DNA of 64,000 bases from Candidatus Onthovivens sp. (GTDB lineage Bacteria; Bacillota_I; Bacilli_A; RFN20; CAG-826): the NCBI GenBank assembly GCA_036746835.1, contig DAIODM010000001.1, positions 281 to 64,280 on the forward strand, given 5' to 3'. The translations under genes and the position numbers were made by a program. Position 1 is the first letter of the stretch. Every line of letters starts with the position of its first letter. The notes under the pieces are model-generated. The model worked only from the letters and a program-made list of their open reading frames with translations. It made no database searches and was not told the origin of the DNA. Shown here in pieces: positions 19,400-28,555 of the stretch.

Positions 19400-20860
19400 T
19401 TATTTTATATTATTTCTTGTTTCTTCATCTTTATATTCAGGATTTTTAAAAATTTTAGTAATAAAACAAATTAATAAAACAATAGCACAAGCAAGCCATG
19501 TAATTGAATCAGCACTCATAATAGTTAAGTAAGCAATATCGCTAGTTAAATCATCTGGACTCACAATCGCAGGGCCATATAAACAAATAACGAAACGAAC
19601 AATAAGTTCGATTACACCTAAAATAAATGGAATAAAAGGTTTTTGAAGTCCTTGAAATACACCTCTTCCAATAAATAGGATTCCAAGAGTAAAGAAAAAT
19701 AGTGAATTTGCGTAATAGTAATAAGTACCATATTTAATCGTTAAATCATTAATATTTGATGGAGATAAAAAGAGTCTTAAGAAAGCTCCGTTAATACAAA
19801 GAAGTAGGGTAATAATTATTAAAATTGTTGAAGCAATAAATGAAATAATAAGAGATTTTTTAATGCCTTCTTTTATTCTACCAAATTGTTTTGCACCGTA
19901 ATTTTGACCTGTAAAAGATAGCATTGTTGTTCCTATTGCGTTAGGAATAGCCATGATTGCACCGAGATATTTATTAGCAGCTCCATAGCCAAGTTGAGCA
20001 GGGTTTAATGGATCTTTATTATCTAAATCAAAGTTAACAACAGCGCCTTGCATAATGATGATTCCTATTGCTAAAATTGAAAATTGCAAGCCAAGAGGAA
20101 TACCATTTTTTAAATGTTCACTTGCATATTTCCAATCTATTTTTAAATCAGCAAATTTAATATGAAAAAATGAATATCTTTTATAGCAATAAATGAAGCA
20201 AGCTATGCTACAAATAAATTGAGAAATAATAGTGGCAAGAGCAGCACCAAAAACACCCCATTTAAATGTGACCATAAAAAGTAAATCGAGAACGATGTTT
20301 AATAAACATGATGAAATGAGAACAATAAGTGGAGTAATTGAATCACCAATTGATCTTAATATATTACTAAATAAATTGTAAAATAATTGAGCAATTATAC
20401 CAATAAATATAACAACTAAATATGTCGATGCAGGCTCATAAACTGGGTTATCTTTCTTAACATTAATCATTGATAAAAGTAAGTCTTTAAAAACAATAGA
20501 AATTACGGTTAAAATGATAGCGATAAAAAAGCCTAAAACGATTTGAATTGAAAATGATTTTTTGATTGAATTTTCATCATTTGCGCCTTTAGCTTTTGCA
20601 GTCAAGGCACTAAACCCTGATGTACAACCAAAAGCAAAATCTAGAAAAATAAAAGTTATTGCTCCAGAATCATTTATTCCAGCAATTTCATTTGCGTTCA
20701 AATTTTGACCAGCAATAATAGCATCAGTTAATGAATAAATTTGTTGGAAAATAAGCGAAATAATGATAGGAATTGTGAAAAGAATAATATTTTTTGTAAT
20801 ATTACCTTTCGTTAAATCTTCAGGAGATAAAAAACTTTTAATTTTAGCAATAAATTTCAC
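19400..20860 (-). CDS. MATE family efflux transporter
   Basis: 486 aa polytopic membrane protein with a MATE-like N-terminus (ITKNIILFTIPIIISLIFQQIYSLTDAIIAGQNL) and an internal duplication pattern. The start is GTG. Confidence 0.75.
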   Translation of the reverse strand: MKFIAKIKSFLSPEDLTKGNITKNIILFTIPIIISLIFQQIYSLTDAIIAGQNLNANEIAGINDSGAITFIFLDFAFGCTSGFSALTAKAKGANDENSIKKSFSIQIVLGFFIAIILTVISIVFKDLLLSMINVKKDNPVYEPASTYLVVIFIGIIAQLFYNLFSNILRSIGDSITPLIVLISSCLLNIVLDLLFMVTFKWGVFGAALATIISQFICSIACFIYCYKRYSFFHIKFADLKIDWKYASEHLKNGIPLGLQFSILAIGIIIMQGAVVNFDLDNKDPLNPAQLGYGAANKYLGAIMAIPNAIGTTMLSFTGQNYGAKQFGRIKEGIKKSLIISFIASTILIIITLLLCINGAFLRLFLSPSNINDLTIKYGTYYYYANSLFFFTLGILFIGRGVFQGLQKPFIPFILGVIELIVRFVICLYGPAIVSPDDLTSDIAYLTIMSADSITWLACAIVLLICFITKIFKNPEYKDEETRNNIK

Positions 20861-20918
20861 AATAAATACTCTATATTTTTAAGTTGAAAACTTCAATATA
20901 AAAAGGTGTTAAATAACA

Positions 20919-20932
20919 AGTAGTTTTCTAGT
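20919..20932 (+). repeat. intergenic motif copy B (exact core AGTAGTTTTCTAGT)
   Basis: AAGTAGTTTT-CTAGTAGTTT-ACTAGTAGTAA at 20918-20948: three ~10-11 nt units, 45-70 nt upstream of malQ1. Confidence 0.8.
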
Positions 20933-20991
20933 AGTTTACTAGTAGTAATTCTTTTGTTTAATTTTAAGCAAATAAAAGTTAAAATAAATAC

Positions 20992-22491
20992 ATGAAAGAA
21001 AGCGCTGTATTTTTACACATATCATCGTTGCCAAATAAATACGGAATAGGAAGTATTGGCAAAGAGGCATATAAATTTATTGATTGGCTTAGTGCTTGTG
21101 GTTTTTCACGTTGGGAAATTTTGCCATTAAATCCAGCTGGTCCAGCAAATTCACCTTATCAAACAAATAGTGCTTTTGCTTTTAATATCGCTTTTATTGA
21201 TCTTGATTTATTGATTGATGATGGATTACTTAAAAAAACAGATTTACGTGGTATTGATTTTGGAAACGATCCTGAACTTGTTGATTTTAAGGCTGTTTGG
21301 GCAACAAGAAAAGCTATTTTAAATAAAGCTTATAAACGTTTTGATAAGAATAATTATGAGTTTAAAAAGTTTAAAGAAATCAGTGTGTTCCAAGAATATG
21401 CGATGTATATGACGATTAAAGGTCATAATGAAAATAAAGCTTGGTATGATTGGTCTCTTGAATATAGAACTTATACGCCTATTGTTCATGATTATGTTCT
21501 TAAAAACTTTTATAAAGAATATGAATTTCATATTTTTACGCAATACATTTTTCTTAAACAATGGAGAATTTTAAAGAAATACGCAAACAATAAAGGGATT
21601 AAAATAGTAGGTGATATTCCTTATTATTTGTCTCTTGATAGTGTAGAATTCTATTTCCATCCTGAATTATTTTTAGTTAGTAAAAATAACCAAATTGAAT
21701 ATATTTCTGGTTATCCTGGTGATGCTTTTAACAAAGCCGGTCAACGATGGGGTAACCCTCTTTATGATTGGTCTTATATGAAAATTAATAACTATAAATG
21801 GTGGAACGAACGTGTAAGTAGAGCTTTAGATTTGTATGATTATGTCCGTATGAATCACTTTAGAGGATTCTATCAATTTTATGCAATGCCTTATAGTTTT
21901 ATGGAAAACAAAAAAGGATTCTTTATGGAAGGTCCACGTTTAGATTTCTTTAAAGATAAGAAAACTCTTCCTTTAATTGCAGCTGGTATTGGTTTAAAAG
22001 ATGAACATGTTGCTAAATTTATTAAAGAATGTGGATATCCAGATATGCGTATTTTAATTTTTGGACTTGATGGTCCACTTGATTCTAATATACATAGTCC
22101 ATTATTTTATGATGGTAGTTGTATTGCTTACTCAACAAACCACGATACTACGACTTTAAAAGGATATATTAAAGAAGACAAATCTCCTGATTTTTACACA
22201 AATTTAAAACAAATCTGCAGTAATTTAAGTATTGAATATAACGAAGAAAATGTAACTGTAAAATATCTTTATAATGTTTTATTAGAGGTTCTTTATAAAT
22301 CGAGTGCTCAATGCATTGTTTTACCAATGCAAGATATTCTAATGCAAGATAAAGGATCAAGAATGAATTTACCTGGAACAACAAAAGAGACGAACTGGTG
22401 TTACCGATTCGTCTCGAGTGTACTAGATGATAAATATACTATTAATAAGTTTAAAGAATTAAATAATAGATTCCATCGAATTAATTCTTAA
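20992..22491 (+). CDS. GH77 4-alpha-glucanotransferase paralog with substituted catalytic residues (probable pseudoenzyme)
   Basis: 499 aa and collinear with the second GH77 (GIGS, GDIPYY, WGNPLYDW). It reads VRMNHFRGF where the family has RIDHFRG, and IAAGIG where the family has IAEDLG. The THD-type motif is retained as NHD. Confidence 0.8.
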   Translation: MKESAVFLHISSLPNKYGIGSIGKEAYKFIDWLSACGFSRWEILPLNPAGPANSPYQTNSAFAFNIAFIDLDLLIDDGLLKKTDLRGIDFGNDPELVDFKAVWATRKAILNKAYKRFDKNNYEFKKFKEISVFQEYAMYMTIKGHNENKAWYDWSLEYRTYTPIVHDYVLKNFYKEYEFHIFTQYIFLKQWRILKKYANNKGIKIVGDIPYYLSLDSVEFYFHPELFLVSKNNQIEYISGYPGDAFNKAGQRWGNPLYDWSYMKINNYKWWNERVSRALDLYDYVRMNHFRGFYQFYAMPYSFMENKKGFFMEGPRLDFFKDKKTLPLIAAGIGLKDEHVAKFIKECGYPDMRILIFGLDGPLDSNIHSPLFYDGSCIAYSTNHDTTTLKGYIKEDKSPDFYTNLKQICSNLSIEYNEENVTVKYLYNVLLEVLYKSSAQCIVLPMQDILMQDKGSRMNLPGTTKETNWCYRFVSSVLDDKYTINKFKELNNRFHRINS

Positions 22492-23770
22492 GGAATAATG
22501 GTTTATTAATCTTTATTGTATTATTTTTAACAATAATTTTTTCGTTACTAATTAAATCAACATAAGTTCCATCAAGAAGATCTTTTGATTTAATAACGAC
22601 TGGATTTTCACTCATATTAATTAATCCATAAATAAATGAGCCATCTTTATATACATTTTTTAGAAGAAGTGCTGGTTTATCAAGTTCATAGGAATTTGTT
22701 TGGATTAAATCAAGATTTTTAGGATCTTTTTTAAGTTCTATCATCTTTTTAACAAACATTAAGTAGTTTGTATCAATAACATTTAAATCAATTAAATCTT
22801 TATCAAATAGCGTTGGGCGTTTAAAAGCCTTGCATTCTTCGCCACTATAGATAAAACCAGTTCCCTTTAAGAAGAAACTGAGTGCAATAATATTTTCTCT
22901 TAATGGGTCATAATTTGTGTAACTTGCGATACGAGGTTGATCATGGTTCTCAAATGTGCCTATTTTAAGGGCATCAAGTGGATTTGTAGCATTTTCAAGA
23001 TTTATCGTTGATCCATAAATGTCTAAATATTTAAGATTCTTTGTTTCCATATATTTTTGGAAATATTCAAAGTTTGAATAACGATATAATAAATCGAATC
23101 CATCAAGGAAAAGTTCGCAATCACTCACAGCATTTCCATTATGTTCACGAATATAAGTGGTGAAGCTTGGATGGACAGCTTCTGCTAAGAAAACAAGTTT
23201 ATTATTAATTTCTTTTAGTTTTGGGAAAGCATATTGATAGAATTTACTTGGTAATAAACTTGCAACATCAAAACGATATCCATCAACTCCAAGCTTAGTG
23301 TAATATTCTAATACCTTATAAATATTTGGGATTAAAGCCTCACAATTATAATCTAAATCATAAACATCGCTCCAATCACCAAAGTGATTGGCATTTTTTC
23401 CATTTTCGTTTTTATAATAAAATTCAGGATGTTCTTTAAGTAAAACTGAATCTCTTGATGTGTGATTAAATACAACATCCATCATAATTAATAAACCTCT
23501 TTTATGAGCTTCATTAATTAATTCTTTAAAATCATCAAGAGTTCCGAGCTCATGATTAATGGCGTAATAATCTTTTATTGCGTATGGTGATCCTAAAGTT
23601 CCTTTACGACCATCGATACCAATTTCATTTATTGGTAGTAATTGTATAAACTTAACTCCTAAATCTTTGATATAATCTAATTTAGTAATCAAAGCTTTAA
23701 ATGTACCTTCAGGTGTGTAATTTCTAACGTAAACTTGATATATAGTGTATGTTTTAAGTTCTTTAAACAT
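22481..23770 (-). CDS. cytoplasmic GH13 alpha-amylase-family enzyme
   Basis: 429 aa with no signal peptide. GH13 regions I-IV are intact: DVVFNHTS, GYRFDVAS, LAEAVH, FENHDQPR. A GAGGAGG RBS lies upstream. Confidence 0.85.
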   Translation of the reverse strand: MFKELKTYTIYQVYVRNYTPEGTFKALITKLDYIKDLGVKFIQLLPINEIGIDGRKGTLGSPYAIKDYYAINHELGTLDDFKELINEAHKRGLLIMMDVVFNHTSRDSVLLKEHPEFYYKNENGKNANHFGDWSDVYDLDYNCEALIPNIYKVLEYYTKLGVDGYRFDVASLLPSKFYQYAFPKLKEINNKLVFLAEAVHPSFTTYIREHNGNAVSDCELFLDGFDLLYRYSNFEYFQKYMETKNLKYLDIYGSTINLENATNPLDALKIGTFENHDQPRIASYTNYDPLRENIIALSFFLKGTGFIYSGEECKAFKRPTLFDKDLIDLNVIDTNYLMFVKKMIELKKDPKNLDLIQTNSYELDKPALLLKNVYKDGSFIYGLINMSENPVVIKSKDLLDGTYVDLISNEKIIVKNNTIKINKPLFLKN

Positions 23771-24065
23771 AAAAAGTCCTCCTCTTTAACCAATATTATT
23801 AAATAGGTATACGGAAATTTATGCAAGTAAAAGTTAAAATTTGTTTAAAAAATGTTTAAAATTACAAAAAAATATTCATTATTTTAAAAAAGAACTGATT
23901 ATATCGAATAAAAATATATTTAAAAATTAAAATTAAAAAAATATCGGTAATAACGATTAATTATTAATATGTATTTAATTTATAATAAAAATATTGATAA
24001 AAAAATATTTTCTTTAAAGTTTCGTTGATAGTATCGATAGATTTTATTTTGTTAAACTTTACCTA

Positions 24066-24108
24066 TTGCATTACTCTTTAATTTTTCCTTATAATGAAAG
24101 GGCTTACA
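24066..24108 (+). promoter_or_regulatory. candidate promoter (TTGCAT-18-TATAAT) with an overlapping cre/LacI-type operator-like imperfect palindrome
   Basis: TTGCAT lies at 24066-24071 and TATAAT at 24090-24095. TGAAAGGGCTTACA at 24095-24108 matches cre TGWAANCGNTNWCA except at the central C. Confidence 0.45.
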
Positions 24109-24127
24109 TAGTAAAGTGCATATTTTT

Positions 24128-25624
24128 ATGAAAAAAAGAAACGCGGGAATATTATTACCTATTTCATCATTACCTTCCAAATATGGAATTGGTACTTTTG
24201 GTATAGAAGCATACAACTTTGTTGATTTCCTTGATCGAAGTGGTATGCGTATTTGGCAAATTCTTCCATTAACACTAACAAGTTACGGAGATTCGCCTTA
24301 TCAATCTCCATCAAGTAAAGCTTTAAATCCTTATTTTATAGATTTAGATTTACTCGAAGAAGATGGCCTACTTGAACCTAAAGAATATGAAAATATTGAT
24401 TGGGGTGATGGTAAAAGAGTTAATTACGATGCCTTATTTAAGAATCGTTACATTATACTTAAGAAAGCCTTTAATAAATTCAATCGTAAAGATGAAGAGT
24501 TTAAAGAGTTCCTTCTTAAAAAAGATTATCAAGATTTTGCAATATTTATGACTTTAAAAGAAATTCACAATTATGCTGCTTGGTATACCTGGGATGATAA
24601 ATTTAAGTTTTACTCAGTTGATAATGAAAACGAAATACTTAATAAATATAAGGATTTAGTTGAATTCTATGAATGGACCCAATATATCTTCTTAAAGCAA
24701 TTTAATCGCTTAAAAGATTATGCTCATAAAAAGAATATAAGTATTATGGGTGACCTTCCTATCTACCTTGCCTATGATAGTGTAGAAGTTTGGAAATATC
24801 CTGATCTCTTCCAACTTGATAGCAACCATGTTCCTACACGAGTTGCTGGTTGTCCACCTGATTGCTTCTCACTTGATGGTCAACTTTGGGGTAATCCCTT
24901 ATATAATTGGGATTACATGAAAAAAGACAATTATAGTTGGTGGAAAAATCGAATTAAATATAATTTATCACTTTATGATTTGGTTAGAATTGATCACTTT
25001 AGGGGATTTGCTGGGTATTATTCAATTCCATATGGAGACAAAACAGCTCGCAATGGAAAATGGATAAAAGGACCTGGTAGTGCAGTGTTCAAAGGTTTAG
25101 AGGATCTTCCTATTATTGCTGAAGACTTAGGACAATTAGATGATGACTTCTTCAAGATGATGAAAGAAACTGGTTATCCAGGAATGAAGATTGTTACTCA
25201 AGGATTTGATGGAGATCCAAAAAGCATATGGAAACCATCAAATTACACTGAAAACTTCTTCTCATATAGTGGAACACATGATAGTCAAACCACTCGTCAA
25301 TATATTGAAGAATTAGATGTTAATCAACGTAAAGTTTTCCTTAGTGATTTAAAAGCACAATGTGAATACTTCAAGATTGATTATGATGATAATTTCTCAG
25401 ATCATGACTTAACTTTAAAGATTTGCGAATTAAATCTCATGAGTCCTGCAATTGCTGCAATTTGTCCAATGCAAGATTACCTTGCAATTGGTAAAGAAGG
25501 ACGAATGAATTTCCCTTCAACTCTATCAATTAATAACTGGAGTTGGAGAATGAGCAGTAATGCTTTAAGTACAAGTTTGTCTAATTTGTTATTAGGCTAT
25601 TCTAAAGAAGGTTGTAGAATTTAG
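24128..25624 (+). CDS. malQ: 4-alpha-glucanotransferase (amylomaltase, GH77)
   Basis: All three catalytic motifs are intact: VRIDHFRGF, IIAEDLG, SGTHDS. The ATG at 24128 (MKKRNAGILLPISSLPS) is preferred over the GTG at 24116. Confidence 0.9.
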   Translation: MKKRNAGILLPISSLPSKYGIGTFGIEAYNFVDFLDRSGMRIWQILPLTLTSYGDSPYQSPSSKALNPYFIDLDLLEEDGLLEPKEYENIDWGDGKRVNYDALFKNRYIILKKAFNKFNRKDEEFKEFLLKKDYQDFAIFMTLKEIHNYAAWYTWDDKFKFYSVDNENEILNKYKDLVEFYEWTQYIFLKQFNRLKDYAHKKNISIMGDLPIYLAYDSVEVWKYPDLFQLDSNHVPTRVAGCPPDCFSLDGQLWGNPLYNWDYMKKDNYSWWKNRIKYNLSLYDLVRIDHFRGFAGYYSIPYGDKTARNGKWIKGPGSAVFKGLEDLPIIAEDLGQLDDDFFKMMKETGYPGMKIVTQGFDGDPKSIWKPSNYTENFFSYSGTHDSQTTRQYIEELDVNQRKVFLSDLKAQCEYFKIDYDDNFSDHDLTLKICELNLMSPAIAAICPMQDYLAIGKEGRMNFPSTLSINNWSWRMSSNALSTSLSNLLLGYSKEGCRI

Positions 25625-25683
25625 GTATTAATATCCCGTCGGAGGATATAAATATAAATCTTAAAATTTGGAGGAAAAAATAA

Positions 25684-26946
25684 ATGAAAAAGAATTTAAG
25701 ATTATTATCTGCTGTTGCTTTACTTTCTGTTGTTGGTTTAGCTTCTTGTGGTGGAACGACACCTACACCAGAGCCAGAGCCAGAGCCAACTGGAAAAACT
25801 ATTAGTTTAGTTTATTCAGGAACTGGAACAAATAAAGATTTCAATATGGGCTTAATCGAAAAGTTTAAGGCTGCTAAAAAAGCTGCTGGCGATCTTAACA
25901 CTTACGACATTACTTATGTTGAACATGGACCAGATAAGGTTGATAGTGAAGTTACTGATTGGAAGACAGGACCAGATGTTTATGAATTTGCTTCTGATAA
26001 AGTTTCAGGATTATTCGCTAAAGGTGCTTTAGCTGAATTAAAAGGAACTTATAAGACTTTCGTTACAACTGCTAATAATAATTTCGGTATTAGTGCTGCA
26101 ACATTCAATGATAAGCTTATTGCTTATCCATATACTGGTGATAACACATATTACTTACAATATGATAAATCAGTTTTAACTGAAGATGATGCTTCATCAA
26201 TTGAAAAACTTCTTGCTAAAGCTAAGAGTTTAGGCAAAAAGATTGGCTACAACTTACCAGAAGGATTCTGGGGTGGTGCTGCTATGTTTACATTTGGTGC
26301 TGATTATAATATGGCATTTGATGATCAAGGTGCTGTTTCAAGTGTTTCAGCCAACTTTGATGGCGAAAAAGGTGTCAAAGCTGCTAAAGCCATTTATAGT
26401 ATTGTCACTAATTCAGCTTGGACAAAAACAATGGAACCACCAAATGAAACTAATGGTTTAATTGCTTGTATGGCTGGTACTTGGGATATTTCAAACTATA
26501 AGAATGCTTTAGGTGATAACTATGCTTGTGCTGTCATGCCAACAGTTACTGTTGATGGCGAGACCAAACATTTAGGTGCTTTCTTAGGCGGAAAATTATT
26601 AGGTGTTAATCCACAAGTTTCAAGTGCTGATACTGATCGTTTAACTGCTGCTCATGAATTAGCTGAATACTTAAGCAATAAAGATAGCCAATTAGCTAGA
26701 TTTAAGACTTATGAAACTGCTCCATGCAATATTGAAGCTGCTGCTGATAGTTCAGTTCAAAGCAACGCTAACGTTAAAGTTTTAAGTGCTCAAGGTGCAT
26801 TTGCACACGCACAAACTTCAGTTCCAGGCAATTTCTGGAGCGCTCCAGCTACCTTAGTCAATGGTATGATTGATGGTACTGTAACATTAGATAATATCGC
26901 TGAAACTTGCAAGACTTTCAACGATAACGTTAAAGCTTCTAAGTAG
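25684..26946 (+). CDS. maltodextrin/oligosaccharide ABC transporter substrate-binding lipoprotein
   Basis: Signal peptide with lipobox LASCGG, a TPTPEPEPEPTG linker and a MalE-like SBP body. It precedes two MalF/MalG-type permeases. Confidence 0.85.
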   Translation: MKKNLRLLSAVALLSVVGLASCGGTTPTPEPEPEPTGKTISLVYSGTGTNKDFNMGLIEKFKAAKKAAGDLNTYDITYVEHGPDKVDSEVTDWKTGPDVYEFASDKVSGLFAKGALAELKGTYKTFVTTANNNFGISAATFNDKLIAYPYTGDNTYYLQYDKSVLTEDDASSIEKLLAKAKSLGKKIGYNLPEGFWGGAAMFTFGADYNMAFDDQGAVSSVSANFDGEKGVKAAKAIYSIVTNSAWTKTMEPPNETNGLIACMAGTWDISNYKNALGDNYACAVMPTVTVDGETKHLGAFLGGKLLGVNPQVSSADTDRLTAAHELAEYLSNKDSQLARFKTYETAPCNIEAAADSSVQSNANVKVLSAQGAFAHAQTSVPGNFWSAPATLVNGMIDGTVTLDNIAETCKTFNDNVKASK

Positions 26947-26963
26947 TTTAGTTTATTTACTTT

Positions 26964-26993
26964 GCACACAGGCCGAAAGGCTTGTGTGTTTTA
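26964..26993 (+). terminator. intra-operon hairpin (attenuator or stabiliser) after the SBP gene
   Basis: A 10-bp GC-rich stem, CACACAGGCC-GAAA-GGCTTGTGTG, followed by TTTT. This is the classic position for differential expression of an SBP relative to its permeases. Confidence 0.7.
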
Positions 26994-27016
26994 GGCGCTA
27001 AATTGGAGGAAAATTT

Positions 27017-28555
27017 ATGACGACAATTGAGTATTTATCGCTTTCCAAGCCAAAGAGATTTTTATATAAGTTTGTAAATTTCTTTAAGGCCATTCCTCTT
27101 GGCATTGCTAATTTTTTCAAAAAATTACCATTTAGATTAAGAAATTTTTTGAAAAAAATAGTGAGACCTTTTACAAATGCAGGAAATATTTTTAGTAGGG
27201 GAGATTGGAAAACTCGTTTATCCTTTTTGGTTATGGGGTTTGGTCAAATTACGAATCATCAAAAAATTAGAGGTTTTCTTAATTTGATTTATGAAATTGG
27301 TGCCATCATTTATTTAATTATGGTTGGTATTCCTCAGTCGGCTTTGCTTCCTACTTTTGGAAATATCGCTTCTGTTCAATATGATATTGATACTAAACCT
27401 TATACTGGATATATCTATATGGATGATAGTTTTATTATTTTGCTTTATGCGATTATTACGATTTTAGTAATTTTGATTTTTATATATTTATGGTTTAGTC
27501 AAATAAACGAAGCTTTTGATCTTCAAGAAGAAAAAATGATTGGTCATCTTAGAAGCGATAAAGAAACATTAAATGATTTAACTGGTCGTAATTATCATAA
27601 GGTTTTGCTTGCGATTCCTACTTTTGGTCTTGTAATTTTTACGATTATACCATTGATTTTTATGATTTTGGTTGGTTTTACTAACTATAATTCAAACTAT
27701 ATGAATCCAAAAGAATTATATGATTGGATTGGTTTAAATAACTTTTCTAGATTAGTCGGATTAACTGGTGAAGGTGGAAATCAATTTGTTGGTGTTTTCT
27801 TGCAAATTTTACTTTGGACTCTTGTTTGGGCTTTCTTTGCAACTTTCACTAACTATTTTTTAGGTATGATTGTTGCTTTAATGATTAATAGAAAAGGGAT
27901 TAAATTTAAGAAATTATGGCGTACTGTCTTAATCACAACCATTGCAGTTCCTCAATTTGTTTCCTTGCTTTTGTTATCAAAATTTTTAAATACCGATCTT
28001 GGTGCTATGAATGTAATATTGCGACAACTTGGTTGGGTTACTCAAAATGTTAAATTTTTAGATGATGGAAATATTGCAAAAGTTACGATTATTATTGTTA
28101 ATATTTGGATTGGTATCCCATATACAATGCTTATTTGTACTGGATTATTAATGAATATTCCAAGCGATTTATATGAATCGGCTAAGATTGATGGAGCTTC
28201 TCCATATAAAATGTATATGAGAATTACCTTACCATATATGCTTTTTGTTACTGGCCCATATTTAATTTCAAGTTTTGTCGGGAATATTAATAACTTTAAC
28301 GTTATTTATTTGTTAAGTGGCGGTGGTCCAGTTTTTACAAACGTAAATGGTGTTGCGATTACAACAAATGTATTTGGTGCTGGTCAAACAGATTTATTGA
28401 TTACATGGCTTTATAAGATTGCGATGGGTGAAGTATTTAAAGACTATGGTGTTGCTTCAGTTATTGGTATGGTTGTATTCGTGATTGTTGCTTTTATCTC
28501 GCTAATATTCTATGGAAGAAGCAATGCTGTTAAAAATGAGGAGGATTTCCAATAA
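27017..28555 (+). CDS. sugar ABC transporter permease (MalF-like, with a long N-terminal extension)
   Basis: 512 aa polytopic protein with the EAA-type loop region IDGASPYKMYMRITLP. A GGAGG RBS lies upstream. Confidence 0.85.
   Translation: MTTIEYLSLSKPKRFLYKFVNFFKAIPLGIANFFKKLPFRLRNFLKKIVRPFTNAGNIFSRGDWKTRLSFLVMGFGQITNHQKIRGFLNLIYEIGAIIYLIMVGIPQSALLPTFGNIASVQYDIDTKPYTGYIYMDDSFIILLYAIITILVILIFIYLWFSQINEAFDLQEEKMIGHLRSDKETLNDLTGRNYHKVLLAIPTFGLVIFTIIPLIFMILVGFTNYNSNYMNPKELYDWIGLNNFSRLVGLTGEGGNQFVGVFLQILLWTLVWAFFATFTNYFLGMIVALMINRKGIKFKKLWRTVLITTIAVPQFVSLLLLSKFLNTDLGAMNVILRQLGWVTQNVKFLDDGNIAKVTIIIVNIWIGIPYTMLICTGLLMNIPSDLYESAKIDGASPYKMYMRITLPYMLFVTGPYLISSFVGNINNFNVIYLLSGGGPVFTNVNGVAITTNVFGAGQTDLLITWLYKIAMGEVFKDYGVASVIGMVVFVIVAFISLIFYGRSNAVKNEEDFQ

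Noticed and set aside
20881-20896. Small palindromes AAGTT-GAAA-AACTT / TTGAA-AAC-TTCAA upstream of the MATE gene
   Set aside because: The arms are only 5 bp in very AT-rich sequence. That is too weak for a terminator, and there is no second copy to support an operator.
23821-23859. 12-codon ORF (MQVKVKICLKNV) in the long AT-rich spacer, considered as a possible leader peptide
   Set aside because: It has no RBS and no associated attenuator structure. Such short ORFs are expected by chance in this composition.
25771-25788. (GAGCCA)x3 hexanucleotide repeat in the SBP gene and the similar CCAGAT-rich repeat in pulA (34945-34978), considered as possible phase-variation tracts
   Set aside because: Both are in-frame, have only ~3 units and encode ordinary Pro-rich (PEPEPE / PDPTPDPDP) linkers after the lipobox Cys. 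Length changes would only alter linker length and would not switch expression.
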